In this document: piece by piece, positions 28,346-38,986 of the stretch
How the letters are laid out: each line of letters starts with the position of its first letter
Numbering within the stretch: position 1 is the stretch's first letter
Origin: Candidatus Aenigmatarchaeota archaeon
GTDB taxonomy: Archaea; Aenigmatarchaeota; Aenigmatarchaeia; GW2011-AR5
Direction: 5' to 3'
Length of the DNA stretch: 64,000 bases
NCBI GenBank assembly: GCA_016193585.1
Contig: JACPRW010000008.1
Coordinates: forward strand, 3,432-67,431
Translations under genes and position numbers: made by a program
The notes under the pieces: generated by a model
Told to the model about the DNA's origin: nothing
What the model saw: the letters and a program-made list of their open reading frames with translations, nothing else
Database searches by the model: none

Positions 28346-31300
28346 CTATACCGACTCAAAGCTGTACGTCGTCGACAGGGTGCTCATGAGCGTTGAAGCA
28401 GGAACGACGGTGATGGTGCCGGTCCAGTTGCCTGCCTGCGTCACGTTCATGGTCCAGTTGAGCATCACGATGCCCGACGTGCCGACAGCCGCATTGGTGT
28501 AGACAAGGCTTGTCAGGTTGTTGGCAATTGCCGATGAATTGGTCGCGTGCTGCGCCCTGGTTATGGTGACATTGGCACTCACGCTGCTGCTTGACGGATT
28601 GCTGAACGATAATGACAGGTTGATGTTGGTCTGGTTAGTTCTGTTGCCGCTTACAGAGCGAAGCCTCTGGCTGCCGCTCACATACACAATGGTCGAGTCA
28701 TTTGCAGCGTGTATCGTCTTGCCCTCGATGCGAAGGTTCTTCTGCGAAACCGTGATATACCTGCCGCCGCCTGTTGACGCATTGCCATAGGTGATGATGT
28801 ATTCAATCCACAGCTGCCCGGTCGGCCAGACAAAGCTTCCGGCAGGCGCGATGCTCACGTTGCCGTGGCCGGTTGAGTTCGTAATCGACGATACAAGCAA
28901 CCAGTTCGATACGGTCGTGTTGACGTCCTGCCACGTGTTGTAGTTGCGCACCCTCCTGAGCGAAACGTTGGCGCCGCCGCGAGGAACGGTGCGGTCGAAA
29001 TCGGTGAAGACGCGCAATTCAGATGAGATATTCCCATTCGGCGCTATATCAGCGAGACCATTGACGTTCGACACCCATGGGAAGACGACATATGCGTAGG
29101 TGCCAAACTGCGACTGGCTGCCTGAGCTCGTCCCACGAACATCAACCGTATAATACGCCGAACCCCACTGGCTGGTGTACCATGTGCTGTTAGCACCTGG
29201 CGGCGTCAGGTTGATGATTTCGTTCGAGCTTGCAAGGGTCCTGCCGATGGTGATGACAAAGCTCCTGCTGACGCAGGTGTAATCGCAATCATAGTAGGTG
29301 AACGTCGCGTTCGTGATGTTAACGCCAGACGTGCCGCTGACGTTAAGCATCATAGTTTCGTTGATATAATAATCCCTGTACGTGCCGTTGCTGCTGCCTG
29401 CAGGTTGCAGCATCGTGCCGCTGACGGCAAATGACGCTATCTTAATGCCGATGCCGACACTCGCCACTGCATTCTGCGTGTCGTTTGCCTGGACATTCAT
29501 CCAGTACTGGCCCTGCGACAGGCCTGACGTGTTGAGCTGGAGCCTGAGGGTCGTTGCATTGAACGCGTAATTCAGCGTGGACACGTTGACGCTTGAGCAG
29601 CTGCTGCTTGTGCAGGAGCCCATCTGGGTGATCCGTGCATTGGAGAGCGTGACCGGGCTGCCGCTCGGGTTGTAGACGCTGAGCTGTATCGTCACATTTT
29701 CTCCTGCCGTATATTCGTACCGGTCGGTAAATGCCTGGATATAGAATGACACAACCTCAAAGGTGGCATCCGCGTATGCTGCATTGCCGCTCGCATCGGT
29801 GACCTTCAACTTGGCGCGATACTGCCCGGTCGGCAGGCCTGACCCGAGTGGCGTGAGGTTGGCATCCATGTTGCCCGCATTCGAAGGGTTGCCGGTCAGG
29901 CCAACATTCCTGTAGTGGGTGCCGTTGACGAGCAGCGTGCCGTTCTGCATGTTCTCCACACTGACGACTTCGACCGTCACCTGGCCATTGTAGTAGCCGC
30001 CGCCGCCCGGCGCGCCGACAAAGACCTTGAGCGTCACGTTGTTGTTCGGGTGGTTGCTCCATCGCTCGCTCCACGCCCACACATCGAAGAGGCGGACGTC
30101 GAACCATGAACGGACTTCCACGCTGCCGCCGCTTCTGATGCCGTTGATGTCAACGCGCGAGAGGTTAGTAGTAACTTCATACATGCCTTCCTGCCAGTTG
30201 CCTGACCTGGAAAGATTGATGCGGAGGCGGGCAGGACCCCCATTGAAATCAGTACTATTGTCTGCCACAACAGTGACGCCTGACACGGCGCTCTTCGTCC
30301 ACGTGGCCTTGTCGTAGCGGTACACAACGACTTCAGCGCTACCGGTCGAGTTGCTCACGTTGATGCGCTGCGGCTGGTTGTTGACCCGTCCTTCCGCGTT
30401 GATGGTGACGTTTTCGCCTGACCCGTAGTTCCAGCGCTGCGCCCACGCGAACGCATCGAAGTCCTTGACATCGAACCAGATGTAGCTGCGCTTGATGTCC
30501 GAGGACTCATTAACCTTAATGACAGCCTGATAGAAGCCGTTCGACAGGCTCTGGTTGAGTACGATGGTCGCCGGCGTGCCGTATTGCTTTGCAGCAGCCC
30601 AACTGCTGCTGGAAACGGCCGCACCGGTCATGCTATTGGTGACGCTCTCGACCTGCCATTCGACAGAACCTGCATACTGCTGGTTACTTGACGGGTTCGT
30701 AGCAGAGCAGCTTACGTTGACCTGCATGCCTGACTGCAGCTGTCCCCACGCAAGCCGGTTGCAGCTCGCGAAGAACGTCTCGACGCTAAAGCCCCACTGG
30801 GCGTCTTCGGTACCCGAGGAAGTGTTGAATGAAGCAATGACCTGATAGTCTCCCGTTGACCAGCCGCCGCTTGTCGTTGGAACAAGCTTGAAGCTGCCGG
30901 TGCCCGGAATCACGATGTTGCCGGTGCCTTTGATGGTGCCGTCTGCGCTGGTAACATTATAATTGGTGATTTCAGCAAGCGCCGTTTGCGTGCCGCTCTG
31001 GAAGTTGTGCCGCACCACGCGGACACTCCTGAGCGTGGCGTTGAAGTAGCTGAATCCCTGGTTTGCATTGACCGTCAGCCCGGTTGACCCGCCAACACCG
31101 CCGCCACCTGTCGCGCTGAGATCCTGTATGTATTCGACTGACCAGTTGGTTGGGTTGCCGCCTCCAGTATCCCCGGGCCCGCGCATGCTCAGCTTGTACT
31201 GCGTGTTTGACGTCGTGTTCAGGCAATAGAAGCGGGCACCGGTTGCATTATAGGTGCCTGTTGCCGTTGTGTTAGTGGCACTTCTCCATCCGCTGAGCGG

Positions 31301-34300
31301 CATGAAGCCTGTCCCTGAGCAGCTGAATGAAAACGGATTGTATTCAGGAAGTACCTTTTCGCTGTCGGCACAGTCGCTCCACGACGCATTGATGCACCCC
31401 ATGAACGCGATGCTTGCATTGGCAAGCGCCGACAGGTTGACCGCGCCTGTGGTCTGGTTTGCAATGGTTATGTTGATGTCTTTGACCATATCGCCATTGA
31501 CATCATGGCCGATGCCGAGGTCAAAGGTCCGCAGCTCAAGTATTGACTGGGGACCGCCACCAGGTCCTCCCGGAGGCGGCCCGCCGCCCCCTCCGCCGCT
31601 CGAACCCTGCTGGCAGCTCGGGTCCCCTGCCGGACAGCCGCCGCCGAAACGCTGGCGCATCCATGACGGGTCAGAGGAAATAGTAACGTTGAAGGTAACG
31701 GTGTCAGTTTTTCCGTAGCGCCACTGGCCCGTGCTTAATTCAGCGAAGAAATTCCTCACCATAAAGAAGCCTTCCACTGAATCTGAGTGGGTACCGTTGG
31801 TGACGCTGAATACGGCAAGATACTGTCCGTTGCCCCAGCCACCGGTCGGCGGCGCAAGCGACATCAGCACCCCGCCGTCTGCAGCAGTCGTTCCCTGGGA
31901 CACCGATCTGTCGTACGACAGCTCACCCGGCGGGAACTGGGCGAAACTGAGTATCTTGCTGAAGGTAACCGTGAGGTTTGCCGCGGGCCTGAAGTTAACG
32001 ACATCGAACACATCGACCCTGAGCGATACGTTCTCGTTCGAACCGACGGTGAAATCATCCTGCAGTGTCGTCGGGTTGACCGGCCTGCCGAAGCCCTCGA
32101 ACACCTTGGACATCATGAAGCCCTGGCCGGTGTCAATCTGGCCTGAAACGTTCACTTGCACCTGCACGATATAGAATCCTGATTTCCAGCCGGTTGACGG
32201 CGCCGGGATGACAACGCTGCCGGTCCCGCTCGTGGTTTCGAACGACCTGTTGGTGCCTTCTATCTTTTTCGGCGGGAAGATAAACTCGCCTGCATTGCCG
32301 CCATAGAAGACACCGAGAACGGTTATGTTCGCCCCCTGGCTGATGGTTTGCCAGATACCAGGTTCCCTGATGGTAACAGAAACATTGACCCCTGTTGTGG
32401 GACCGACATTCCACGAGCCGAAACTCTGGAAGCCGAATGAGGAGGCAGTATTGGTGGTATTCGCCTGCGCCAGCACGTCCATGAAGAAGCGCCGCACCTC
32501 GAAGAAGCCTTCCGCGTCATCGGTCTTGTTGTCGCTTGTTGACACGTTGACGAATGCGATGAAGAAGCCGCCGGTCCAGTTCTGGCCGTTGACGTTCGAC
32601 TTCATGCTGAGCGCGCAGTTGCCTGCGCTGTTGGTGACGCAGTTGGTGAGCGTGATGGACGATGTCCAGTCCTCCTCGGTATTGACGTTGATGACCTTGG
32701 TAACCGTAACCTGCGCGCCCTGCACCGCCGAGCCGCCGCCAATGCCGAAGAGCCCGCCCTCGATATTCTGCGGCCCGCCGCCGAATGAGCCCTTGGTCAT
32801 GAAGCCCCCGTCACCCTGCGACTCGCTTGCAGTCGTCACCGACACGTTCAACTGTACCGTGTCGTTCGGCCTGAAGAACCAGAAGAACCCTGGCCCGAAT
32901 GACGGGCCTGATGCCCCGCCAGGACCGCCGCCGCCTCCTGCGCTCACCGGGCGTATCGACACGTCAAGCGACTTGACGAAGAACACGCCGCCGACGCTGG
33001 TCTCACCGAGGGGAGTACTTACTTTTGCACTAACAGAATAATCGCCGCCATTCTTTGGCGCGGTAAGATTGAGATACGTATAATTGCCGGACGTGTAGTT
33101 TGCCGGGGTGCCGAACAGCAATGTCTTGTCAGCACCAGACTTGTCGGTAATAGTGAAGCTGCTGATGGCGGTGACAGGCACGGTGCCGGACGAATTCTGG
33201 GCCGAGAATCGCAGGACGATTGACTTTCCTGCTATATAGTCCCGCACCGGCAGGCCGTCAGGGAATTTGTCGAGTGACACCATGGTGCCCTTTGCCCGCT
33301 GTATGGAGAAGTAACCGGTCGCCGAGCCGGAGCCAAATGAATCGTTGATAGAGAGTTTGAGCTTGTACGTGCCGGATGCGTATGCCGACGAGATGGTGAA
33401 ATCGATGCGGTAGCGGCCGTCAGCAGCCACACGGTCGGTAATCGTCGGCGTGATGCCGGTGTCGACATTGGATGGGTCGAGTACCTTTGCGTTTGACGCC
33501 AGCGTGAGCGCCTTCCCGGCGATGTTGTCGCCGGTCGACGCGTTCTTCAGCTTGAGCCCGAGCGACACCGTCGAGCCGGGGTAAAATACCGTCTGTCCTT
33601 CCCATGGACCTATTTCAAGCAGGTAGGAGCGCACGTCGAAGCTGCCGAACAGCTCTTTAGTGATGTTTGAGCCCTGCGGCGTGATGGTGGCGACAACGCT
33701 GTACGCGCCCTCAAGGTCAGAATTAAACGTGTTTTCATAGACACCCGTTATCGACGTGCCGCCGGAATCAGCTGCCTGCGTCATCGGGCTGATGGTCGTC
33801 TTCGTGCCGTTCGGCGCGGTGATGACGAGCTGCCGCGTCGAGGCGGTGATGCCGTTCCCATTGGTGTTCTTGACCGATACCCTGACGGTGACATTGACAT
33901 TCTTGCCAACAACGGTCGGCGAAACCTTCATGGACACGCTGAAACCGCCGACAAGAAGCGAAACGACTGCCTCGTAGTTGTTAAGCTCGAGAATATACTC
34001 GCCTTCAGTTTCGGGAACACCGAAGGTGATCGAACACGTGCCTGCGCTACCGGTCGTGCAGGACGACGGCGTACTGATGAGCGTGCCATTCTGGTAGCGG
34101 ACCTTCGGCGATATGACGACGCCTGCCACTGCGTTGTTGTTTGCGTCAAGGGCGGTCGTGGTAAACGTGCCGTTGGCGCCCGGCGTGTAGGAAGGCTTGT
34201 CGAGGGCGACAAGGATGGTGGAATATGAAAGGACCTTGATGAAGTGCGAAACAACCGTGCCGGAAGCGTTTGCTTCGATGGTGTAGTTGCCTGTTGCAGT

Positions 34301-34567
34301 CAGCGAGAACGTGTAGTTGGCGCCGCCCGTGGCATTGGTGGTGAGCGTTGTGGTAGCGATGCCCGAGCCGGTGGAATTCTTGACGGTGAACGCGACGCTC
34401 TGGTTCGAAATCGCAGTGCTGTTTTCCAGTGTTGACACAGTGACGTAGATGCTTTCGTTAACGGTATAGGTATACTTGTTGGTCGTCTCAAAGACATCAA
34501 GCGCGAAGGATACGCTTGCGTTAAGCAGGAAAAGTGCAGCAACGGTAATGAAGAGCGTCTTGTTCAT
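28346..34567 (-). CDS. giant secreted protein with tandem MG2/Ig-like domains
   Basis: 2073 aa, signal peptide, repeated xDK/RxxYxxGE-like and GxFxVxxF motifs, Gly/Pro linkers, many NxS/T sequons. Confidence 0.85.
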   Translation of the reverse strand: MNKTLFITVAALFLLNASVSFALDVFETTNKYTYTVNESIYVTVSTLENSTAISNQSVAFTVKNSTGSGIATTTLTTNATGGANYTFSLTATGNYTIEANASGTVVSHFIKVLSYSTILVALDKPSYTPGANGTFTTTALDANNNAVAGVVISPKVRYQNGTLISTPSSCTTGSAGTCSITFGVPETEGEYILELNNYEAVVSLLVGGFSVSMKVSPTVVGKNVNVTVRVSVKNTNGNGITASTRQLVITAPNGTKTTISPMTQAADSGGTSITGVYENTFNSDLEGAYSVVATITPQGSNITKELFGSFDVRSYLLEIGPWEGQTVFYPGSTVSLGLKLKNASTGDNIAGKALTLASNAKVLDPSNVDTGITPTITDRVAADGRYRIDFTISSAYASGTYKLKLSINDSFGSGSATGYFSIQRAKGTMVSLDKFPDGLPVRDYIAGKSIVLRFSAQNSSGTVPVTAISSFTITDKSGADKTLLFGTPANYTSGNYTYLNLTAPKNGGDYSVSAKVSTPLGETSVGGVFFVKSLDVSIRPVSAGGGGGPGGASGPSFGPGFFWFFRPNDTVQLNVSVTTASESQGDGGFMTKGSFGGGPQNIEGGLFGIGGGSAVQGAQVTVTKVINVNTEEDWTSSITLTNCVTNSAGNCALSMKSNVNGQNWTGGFFIAFVNVSTSDNKTDDAEGFFEVRRFFMDVLAQANTTNTASSFGFQSFGSWNVGPTTGVNVSVTIREPGIWQTISQGANITVLGVFYGGNAGEFIFPPKKIEGTNRSFETTSGTGSVVIPAPSTGWKSGFYIVQVQVNVSGQIDTGQGFMMSKVFEGFGRPVNPTTLQDDFTVGSNENVSLRVDVFDVVNFRPAANLTVTFSKILSFAQFPPGELSYDRSVSQGTTAADGGVLMSLAPPTGGWGNGQYLAVFSVTNGTHSDSVEGFFMVRNFFAELSTGQWRYGKTDTVTFNVTISSDPSWMRQRFGGGCPAGDPSCQQGSSGGGGGGPPPGGPGGGPQSILELRTFDLGIGHDVNGDMVKDINITIANQTTGAVNLSALANASIAFMGCINASWSDCADSEKVLPEYNPFSFSCSGTGFMPLSGWRSATNTTATGTYNATGARFYCLNTTSNTQYKLSMRGPGDTGGGNPTNWSVEYIQDLSATGGGGVGGSTGLTVNANQGFSYFNATLRSVRVVRHNFQSGTQTALAEITNYNVTSADGTIKGTGNIVIPGTGSFKLVPTTSGGWSTGDYQVIASFNTSSGTEDAQWGFSVETFFASCNRLAWGQLQSGMQVNVSCSATNPSSNQQYAGSVEWQVESVTNSMTGAAVSSSSWAAAKQYGTPATIVLNQSLSNGFYQAVIKVNESSDIKRSYIWFDVKDFDAFAWAQRWNYGSGENVTINAEGRVNNQPQRINVSNSTGSAEVVVYRYDKATWTKSAVSGVTVVADNSTDFNGGPARLRINLSRSGNWQEGMYEVTTNLSRVDINGIRSGGSVEVRSWFDVRLFDVWAWSERWSNHPNNNVTLKVFVGAPGGGGYYNGQVTVEVVSVENMQNGTLLVNGTHYRNVGLTGNPSNAGNMDANLTPLGSGLPTGQYRAKLKVTDASGNAAYADATFEVVSFYIQAFTDRYEYTAGENVTIQLSVYNPSGSPVTLSNARITQMGSCTSSSCSSVNVSTLNYAFNATTLRLQLNTSGLSQGQYWMNVQANDTQNAVASVGIGIKIASFAVSGTMLQPAGSSNGTYRDYYINETMMLNVSGTSGVNITNATFTYYDCDYTCVSRSFVITIGRTLASSNEIINLTPPGANSTWYTSQWGSAYYTVDVRGTSSGSQSQFGTYAYVVFPWVSNVNGLADIAPNGNISSELRVFTDFDRTVPRGGANVSLRRVRNYNTWQDVNTTVSNWLLVSSITNSTGHGNVSIAPAGSFVWPTGQLWIEYIITYGNASTGGGRYITVSQKNLRIEGKTIHAANDSTIVYVSGSQRLRSVSGNRTNQTNINLSLSFSNPSSSSVSANVTITRAQHATNSSAIANNLTSLVYTNAAVGTSGIVMLNWTMNVTQAGNWTGTITVVPASTLMSTLSTTYSFESV

Positions 34568-34735
34568 TCAACCACGCAGCTAACTAGATTTATGCCCGAA
34601 TGCGGTATATAAAGTTTTTAGAAGGAGAAAAATTCATACGAAGTATGCATCGTCACTGCGCAGATACGGGTAAAAAAAGTTTTTCGTGAACCGTCAGAAA
34701 AAGAAGGGATTTCACGGGCTGCGAAGACAGCGTAA

Positions 34736-35085
34736 AGCTGGGTGGGAGAGTCGAACTCCCTTATCCGGCTCTCTGCATAAGGGCAAGAACCTAAGGTTCT
34801 CGCCCTTATCAACCCCACACTCCTAGGTATATAGCGGACCAACAAAAGAATACCGACATATTACTTTTGTTGTCCGCTACACGCGGAAAACAACGTTTTC
34901 CGGTGCACCAAAAAGCTTTGCTTTTTGCGTGTAAGTGAACCAAGATATAATACCTGATTATTTACTTGGTTCACTATATGTCCTGATATTATTTGCAATT
35001 CACCTATAGAAAATTGCGCGTTATAGTGAAGCAAATAAATAATACCGATATTATACATTTGCTTCACATATTCTGCCAACCCAGC
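34736..35085 (-). pseudogene. tRNA-Cys(GCA), disrupted: middle exon absent, repeat array in its place
   Basis: 5' GCTGGGTTGGCAGAA (35085-35071) pairs with 3' exon AGCCGG-ATAA-GGGAGTTCGACTCTCCC-ACCCAGC-T (34770-34736); U73; intron end GCAG-AG|A complements CUGC. Confidence 0.72.
34828..35070. repeat. mini-element array A-H-B-(E right half)-(F left half)-G
   Basis: Units match copies at 19828, 25044, 45099, 46342. Confidence 0.9.
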
Positions 35086-35146
35086 TGCCGTACGTTTTAA
35101 GTGTTGTGCGGTTTATAATAAACCATCGGATTAATTTATATAAGGG

Positions 35147-35728
35147 GTGGTAGTGATGCAGGAGAACGTCAAGGAGCTCCTTGAGGAAGTGAAGAACCTT
35201 TCTGAACTCATGCTCGACCTCGCGCATTCGTCGGTATTTTTCGAGAGCAAGGAAATAGCCAAGGAAGTGCTGCTGCTCTACAGCAACCTCGAGGACATGG
35301 AGGAGCGCCTGTACCTGCACCTGTTTGCCGCGTCGCGGGGAAGGCCTGCCGAGCGCCTCATCAGCGTCATGGGGCTGCTCGAAAGCGAGAAGATGGTCGC
35401 CAACGCGGCGCGCAACATGAGCGAGATGGTGCTCGAAGGCACCGCGCTCCATCCCATTGTCAAGGAGGCGCTGCAGGGAAGCGACGAAAGCATCACCCGC
35501 GTCACCCTCAAAAGCAGGAGCATACTCATCGACAAGACGATAGGCGAGCTGAAGCTGCGGACCGAGACCGGCATCAACGTCATCGCCATCCGCCGGGGGA
35601 ACAAATGGCTATTCAGCCCGGGAAAGCACACCCAGCTGCTGGAAAACGACATTCTCATTGGCACGGGCCCGAACGCGAGCTGCATCAAGATGGAGAAACT
35701 TGCCAAAGGGGGATTGCGAAAGGTATGA
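35147..35728 (+). CDS. PhoU-like + TrkA-C (RCK-C) domain protein
   Basis: EVKNLSELMLDLAHSS...TIGELKLRTETGINVIAIRRG. Confidence 0.88.
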   Translation: MVVMQENVKELLEEVKNLSELMLDLAHSSVFFESKEIAKEVLLLYSNLEDMEERLYLHLFAASRGRPAERLISVMGLLESEKMVANAARNMSEMVLEGTALHPIVKEALQGSDESITRVTLKSRSILIDKTIGELKLRTETGINVIAIRRGNKWLFSPGKHTQLLENDILIGTGPNASCIKMEKLAKGGLRKV

Positions 35729-35731
35729 GGC

Positions 35732-37006
35732 ATGAAGATGACCCCTCGCAGCGTTCACACTATACCGGGCAGCGCGCCGCGCGCACGTGAAAGCACCGCG
35801 CAGTGGCTCAGCCGCCAGAAGCGGGACATCAGGGAGAGCTCGTTCGCCCTTGTCCTGAGCATCCTGACCGGCATCGGCGCCGGCCTGGTGCTCGGCCATG
35901 CACAGGAGACCCTGCTGCTGTTGCCAGGACTGGTTATTCTCATACCGGCCGCAATGGGCATGCGCGGCAGCATCGGCGCGGCGCTCGGCTCGCGCATTGC
36001 GACGGGCCTGCACCTCGGCACCATCAGCACGTTTTCTGCAGCCAACAAGACCGTGCGCGCCAACGTGTACGCCGCGCTCATGCTCTCAATTCTTCTGTCT
36101 GTTTTTCTCGCGTTCCTTTCAAAATCACTTTCTGATGCGTTCGGGCTGGCGAGCATCAGCCTGTCGTCGTTCATCGTCATTTCGGTCATCGGCGGCACCA
36201 TAGCGGGCCTCGTTCTCGTCGCGGTGACCTTCGCGACAGCCGTTGCGTCGTACCGGAGAGGCTGGGACCTTGACAACATACAGGCACCGCTCATCACCGC
36301 CGCCGGCGACCTGTTCACCATCCCCTCGCTGCTGTTCGCAGCGTACCTGACGCAGATGTACAGCTCCTCCGTCGACGAAGCGGCCCTGGCGATACTCGCT
36401 GGCTGCGGTCTGATGGTGGCGTACCTCATACTGAAAAAAGACATGCATCCGGATTCGTACCGCACCATCGTCGTGCAGTCGGTGCTCGTCCTGGCTGCTG
36501 CAGGAACCATAGACGCTGTTGCCGGCGGGCTGCTCGAGGGCCGGATACAAAACCTTGCGACAGTGCCCGTCCTTCTGGTGCTGCTGCCGGTGTTCCTCGA
36601 GGAAGGAGGGAACATAGGGAACACGCTCGCCTCGCGGCTGTCTACCAAGCTGCACCTCGGCACCATCAGCACGCGCATGAAGCTTACCGTCAGTCTGAAG
36701 CGGGAATTCATGCTGTCCTTCCTCCTCTCGCTGTTCATCTTTCCGCTTACCGGGCTGCTTGTCTATGCGGCGAGCGCCCTGGCAGGCGTCAATGGCATCG
36801 CCCCCGGCAAGCTCGTCCTCGTCACGGCAGTCTCAGGGTATGTCCTCACCGCCGTCATCATGGCAACGACGTACCTGATATCCGTCTGGTCGTACCGCTA
36901 CAATTTCGACCCTGACAGCACGACGATTCCCATCGTGACGGCGCTCGCCGACATCCTCGGCGTGCTCGTGCTGCTGTCCGTCGCCTCGTCGTTCGGCATT
37001 TTCTGA
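35732..37006 (+). CDS. MgtE-type divalent cation transporter (duplicated membrane domain)
   Basis: MRGSIG...DLDNIQAPLITAAGD and GGNIG...DPDSTTIPIVTALAD. Confidence 0.88.
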   Translation: MKMTPRSVHTIPGSAPRARESTAQWLSRQKRDIRESSFALVLSILTGIGAGLVLGHAQETLLLLPGLVILIPAAMGMRGSIGAALGSRIATGLHLGTISTFSAANKTVRANVYAALMLSILLSVFLAFLSKSLSDAFGLASISLSSFIVISVIGGTIAGLVLVAVTFATAVASYRRGWDLDNIQAPLITAAGDLFTIPSLLFAAYLTQMYSSSVDEAALAILAGCGLMVAYLILKKDMHPDSYRTIVVQSVLVLAAAGTIDAVAGGLLEGRIQNLATVPVLLVLLPVFLEEGGNIGNTLASRLSTKLHLGTISTRMKLTVSLKREFMLSFLLSLFIFPLTGLLVYAASALAGVNGIAPGKLVLVTAVSGYVLTAVIMATTYLISVWSYRYNFDPDSTTIPIVTALADILGVLVLLSVASSFGIF

Positions 37007-37026
37007 GAGCTTCTGAAAACCTATTT

Positions 37027-37584
37027 ATGCAGCCTGCGGCAACTACATCTATGGACAGGGATTTCCGGGAAATCCTGACCACCGAGCTCATATCGGTGAC
37101 CGGCGGGCTGCTCGCCGGCGTCCTGCTCGCTTTTGCGACCAATCAGATAGAGCTCATACCGGGCGTCCTCATCCTCCTTCCCGGCTTTCTCGAGATGCGC
37201 GGCAACATTTCCGGCTCGCTGAGCGGCCGCCTCTCGTCAGGATTGTTTCTCGGTGCATTGAAGCCCGAAGTGAGGAATAACCGCGTGCTGCGCGGCAACA
37301 TAGCGGCGGCACTACTGCTCGTTATACTGGTGAGCACGCTTCTCGGCATCGTCGCGTACGCGGCAACATACTATGTGTTCGGCATCGGCAGCCCGAAGAT
37401 TATACTGATAGCATTCGCTGCCGGATTGCTGTCGAGCATCATTGAAATCCCGCTCACTATCATCACGACGTTCTGGCTGTTCAGGCACGGCCATGACCCG
37501 AACAACATCATGGGGCCGTATGTCACCACAACCGGAGATATCGTCAGTATCGCGTCGCTCTTGTTCGCCATGGTGATCGTATGA
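37027..37584 (+). CDS. MgtE-type transporter membrane subunit
   Basis: EMRGNISG...DPNNIMGPYVTTTGD. Confidence 0.88.
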   Translation: MQPAATTSMDRDFREILTTELISVTGGLLAGVLLAFATNQIELIPGVLILLPGFLEMRGNISGSLSGRLSSGLFLGALKPEVRNNRVLRGNIAAALLLVILVSTLLGIVAYAATYYVFGIGSPKIILIAFAAGLLSSIIEIPLTIITTFWLFRHGHDPNNIMGPYVTTTGDIVSIASLLFAMVIV

Positions 37585-38279
37585 AAGGCAGCTTGAAACT
37601 TCTCATGAGAAGGATTGTCAAGCTCAGGAGGAAATACCACCACCCGCTCATTCACCGTGCGCACAAAAATCACCGCATCTCGAGGAAAACGCTCTTCTAC
37701 ATGAAGGAGTACGGCCCGCGCTCGAATGTGGCAGCGACTATTGTCAAAGAGAGCGTGAAGATTCTCATCCTCGCGTCTGTCCTGAGCTCGGTAGGCGGCA
37801 TAAGCTTGCGGATGGTAAGGGCCGAGCTTCTCACGGTGCTGCCGCTGCTCATCCTGCTGCCGGCGCTCAATGACATGATTGGCGACTTCGGGACGATTAT
37901 TTCATCGAAGTTCACGACGATGCTGTACACAGGAAAAGCCGGGGAACGCTGGTGGCAATCACCTGACGTCAGGAAGCTCCTGAAAACCATAGGGATTGTG
38001 GCGCTTATTTCCTCCGTATACATGGGCATGCTCGCCTACGGCATCGCGTACGTGAAGGGCTTCCCGTTCTCGGTGGCGCTGCTCGGAAAGGTTGTAGGCA
38101 TCTCGCTGCTTGCAACAGGCGTGCTCGTCAGCATCATAGCCTTCATCTCCTTCACGCTCGGCATCTACGTGTACCAGCGCAATGAAGACCCGAACAATTT
38201 CCTCATCCCCATCGCGACCGCCGTTGCCGACGTGGGCAGCATGCTCGTGTTCGCCGCGCTCGTCATGTGGATGTTTTGA
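37581..38279 (+). CDS. MgtE-type transporter membrane subunit with His/basic N-terminus
   Basis: DMIGDFG...DPNNFLIPIATAVAD. Confidence 0.85.
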   Translation: MKGSLKLLMRRIVKLRRKYHHPLIHRAHKNHRISRKTLFYMKEYGPRSNVAATIVKESVKILILASVLSSVGGISLRMVRAELLTVLPLLILLPALNDMIGDFGTIISSKFTTMLYTGKAGERWWQSPDVRKLLKTIGIVALISSVYMGMLAYGIAYVKGFPFSVALLGKVVGISLLATGVLVSIIAFISFTLGIYVYQRNEDPNNFLIPIATAVADVGSMLVFAALVMWMF

Positions 38280-38332
38280 TGCGGGGCGGCGAGTGAGCAA
38301 AATTAAAATGTATTGGTGCATACAGTAATGCT

Positions 38333-38986
38333 ATGACAGAACACCCTAGAACAAGGTATACGCCAGAACAGCGGACTTATCTGGGAAAGTTGCATGCGGT
38401 GCTCGGGCGAACGTACGACCCTCAGAAATGTGCACTCAGCAGAGGCGAATTCGAGAGGGTCAGAAACAGTCTTGTGTTTCATGCATACGCAGATTGCATT
38501 AATGCGGGCATCGAGCCTGCTGCATCAAGGCTGATGGATGCGTACCTGCCGCAATGGAGGCGGCATGATTCGCAGCAACCGGTGCTGCTCCGCTCGCTCG
38601 ACGCGCTGGTTGAACGCACCACGCCGGAAGCGATCGAAGCCGAAAGGAAAAAGCACGAAACGCTGGACAACCGGCGAAGGCAAAAGTACACGCTGGAAGA
38701 TGCCGACCGTCTTCTCGCCGAGCTCGCCCGTGACCCGCTGCTCCGGCACACTGAAGAAACGCAGGCACGTGCGTGGAGAAAGGTTCCAGACGCAGAAATC
38801 GATAAAAACCCGGATTACCACGTGATTAATTTCGGGGGCAGATGGTACACCAGAGAGGGCGCAGGCATCTATTGCGGACCGGATGAGAAGCGCTACAAGC
38901 TTGTTGCGCTCGAGCACGATGGTAAAATCGTGAAAACCGAGATGACGCCGCTGCCGGAAACGGCACCAGTCACTGATGCTCCTTGA
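38333..38986 (+). CDS. hypothetical protein
   Basis: 217-aa ORF, no recognised family. Confidence 0.55.
   Translation: MTEHPRTRYTPEQRTYLGKLHAVLGRTYDPQKCALSRGEFERVRNSLVFHAYADCINAGIEPAASRLMDAYLPQWRRHDSQQPVLLRSLDALVERTTPEAIEAERKKHETLDNRRRQKYTLEDADRLLAELARDPLLRHTEETQARAWRKVPDAEIDKNPDYHVINFGGRWYTREGAGIYCGPDEKRYKLVALEHDGKIVKTEMTPLPETAPVTDAP

Noticed and set aside
34828-35070. Hairpin arrays as CRISPR arrays
   Set aside because: No constant repeat alternating with unique spacers; whole units recur and nest; no cas genes in the window.
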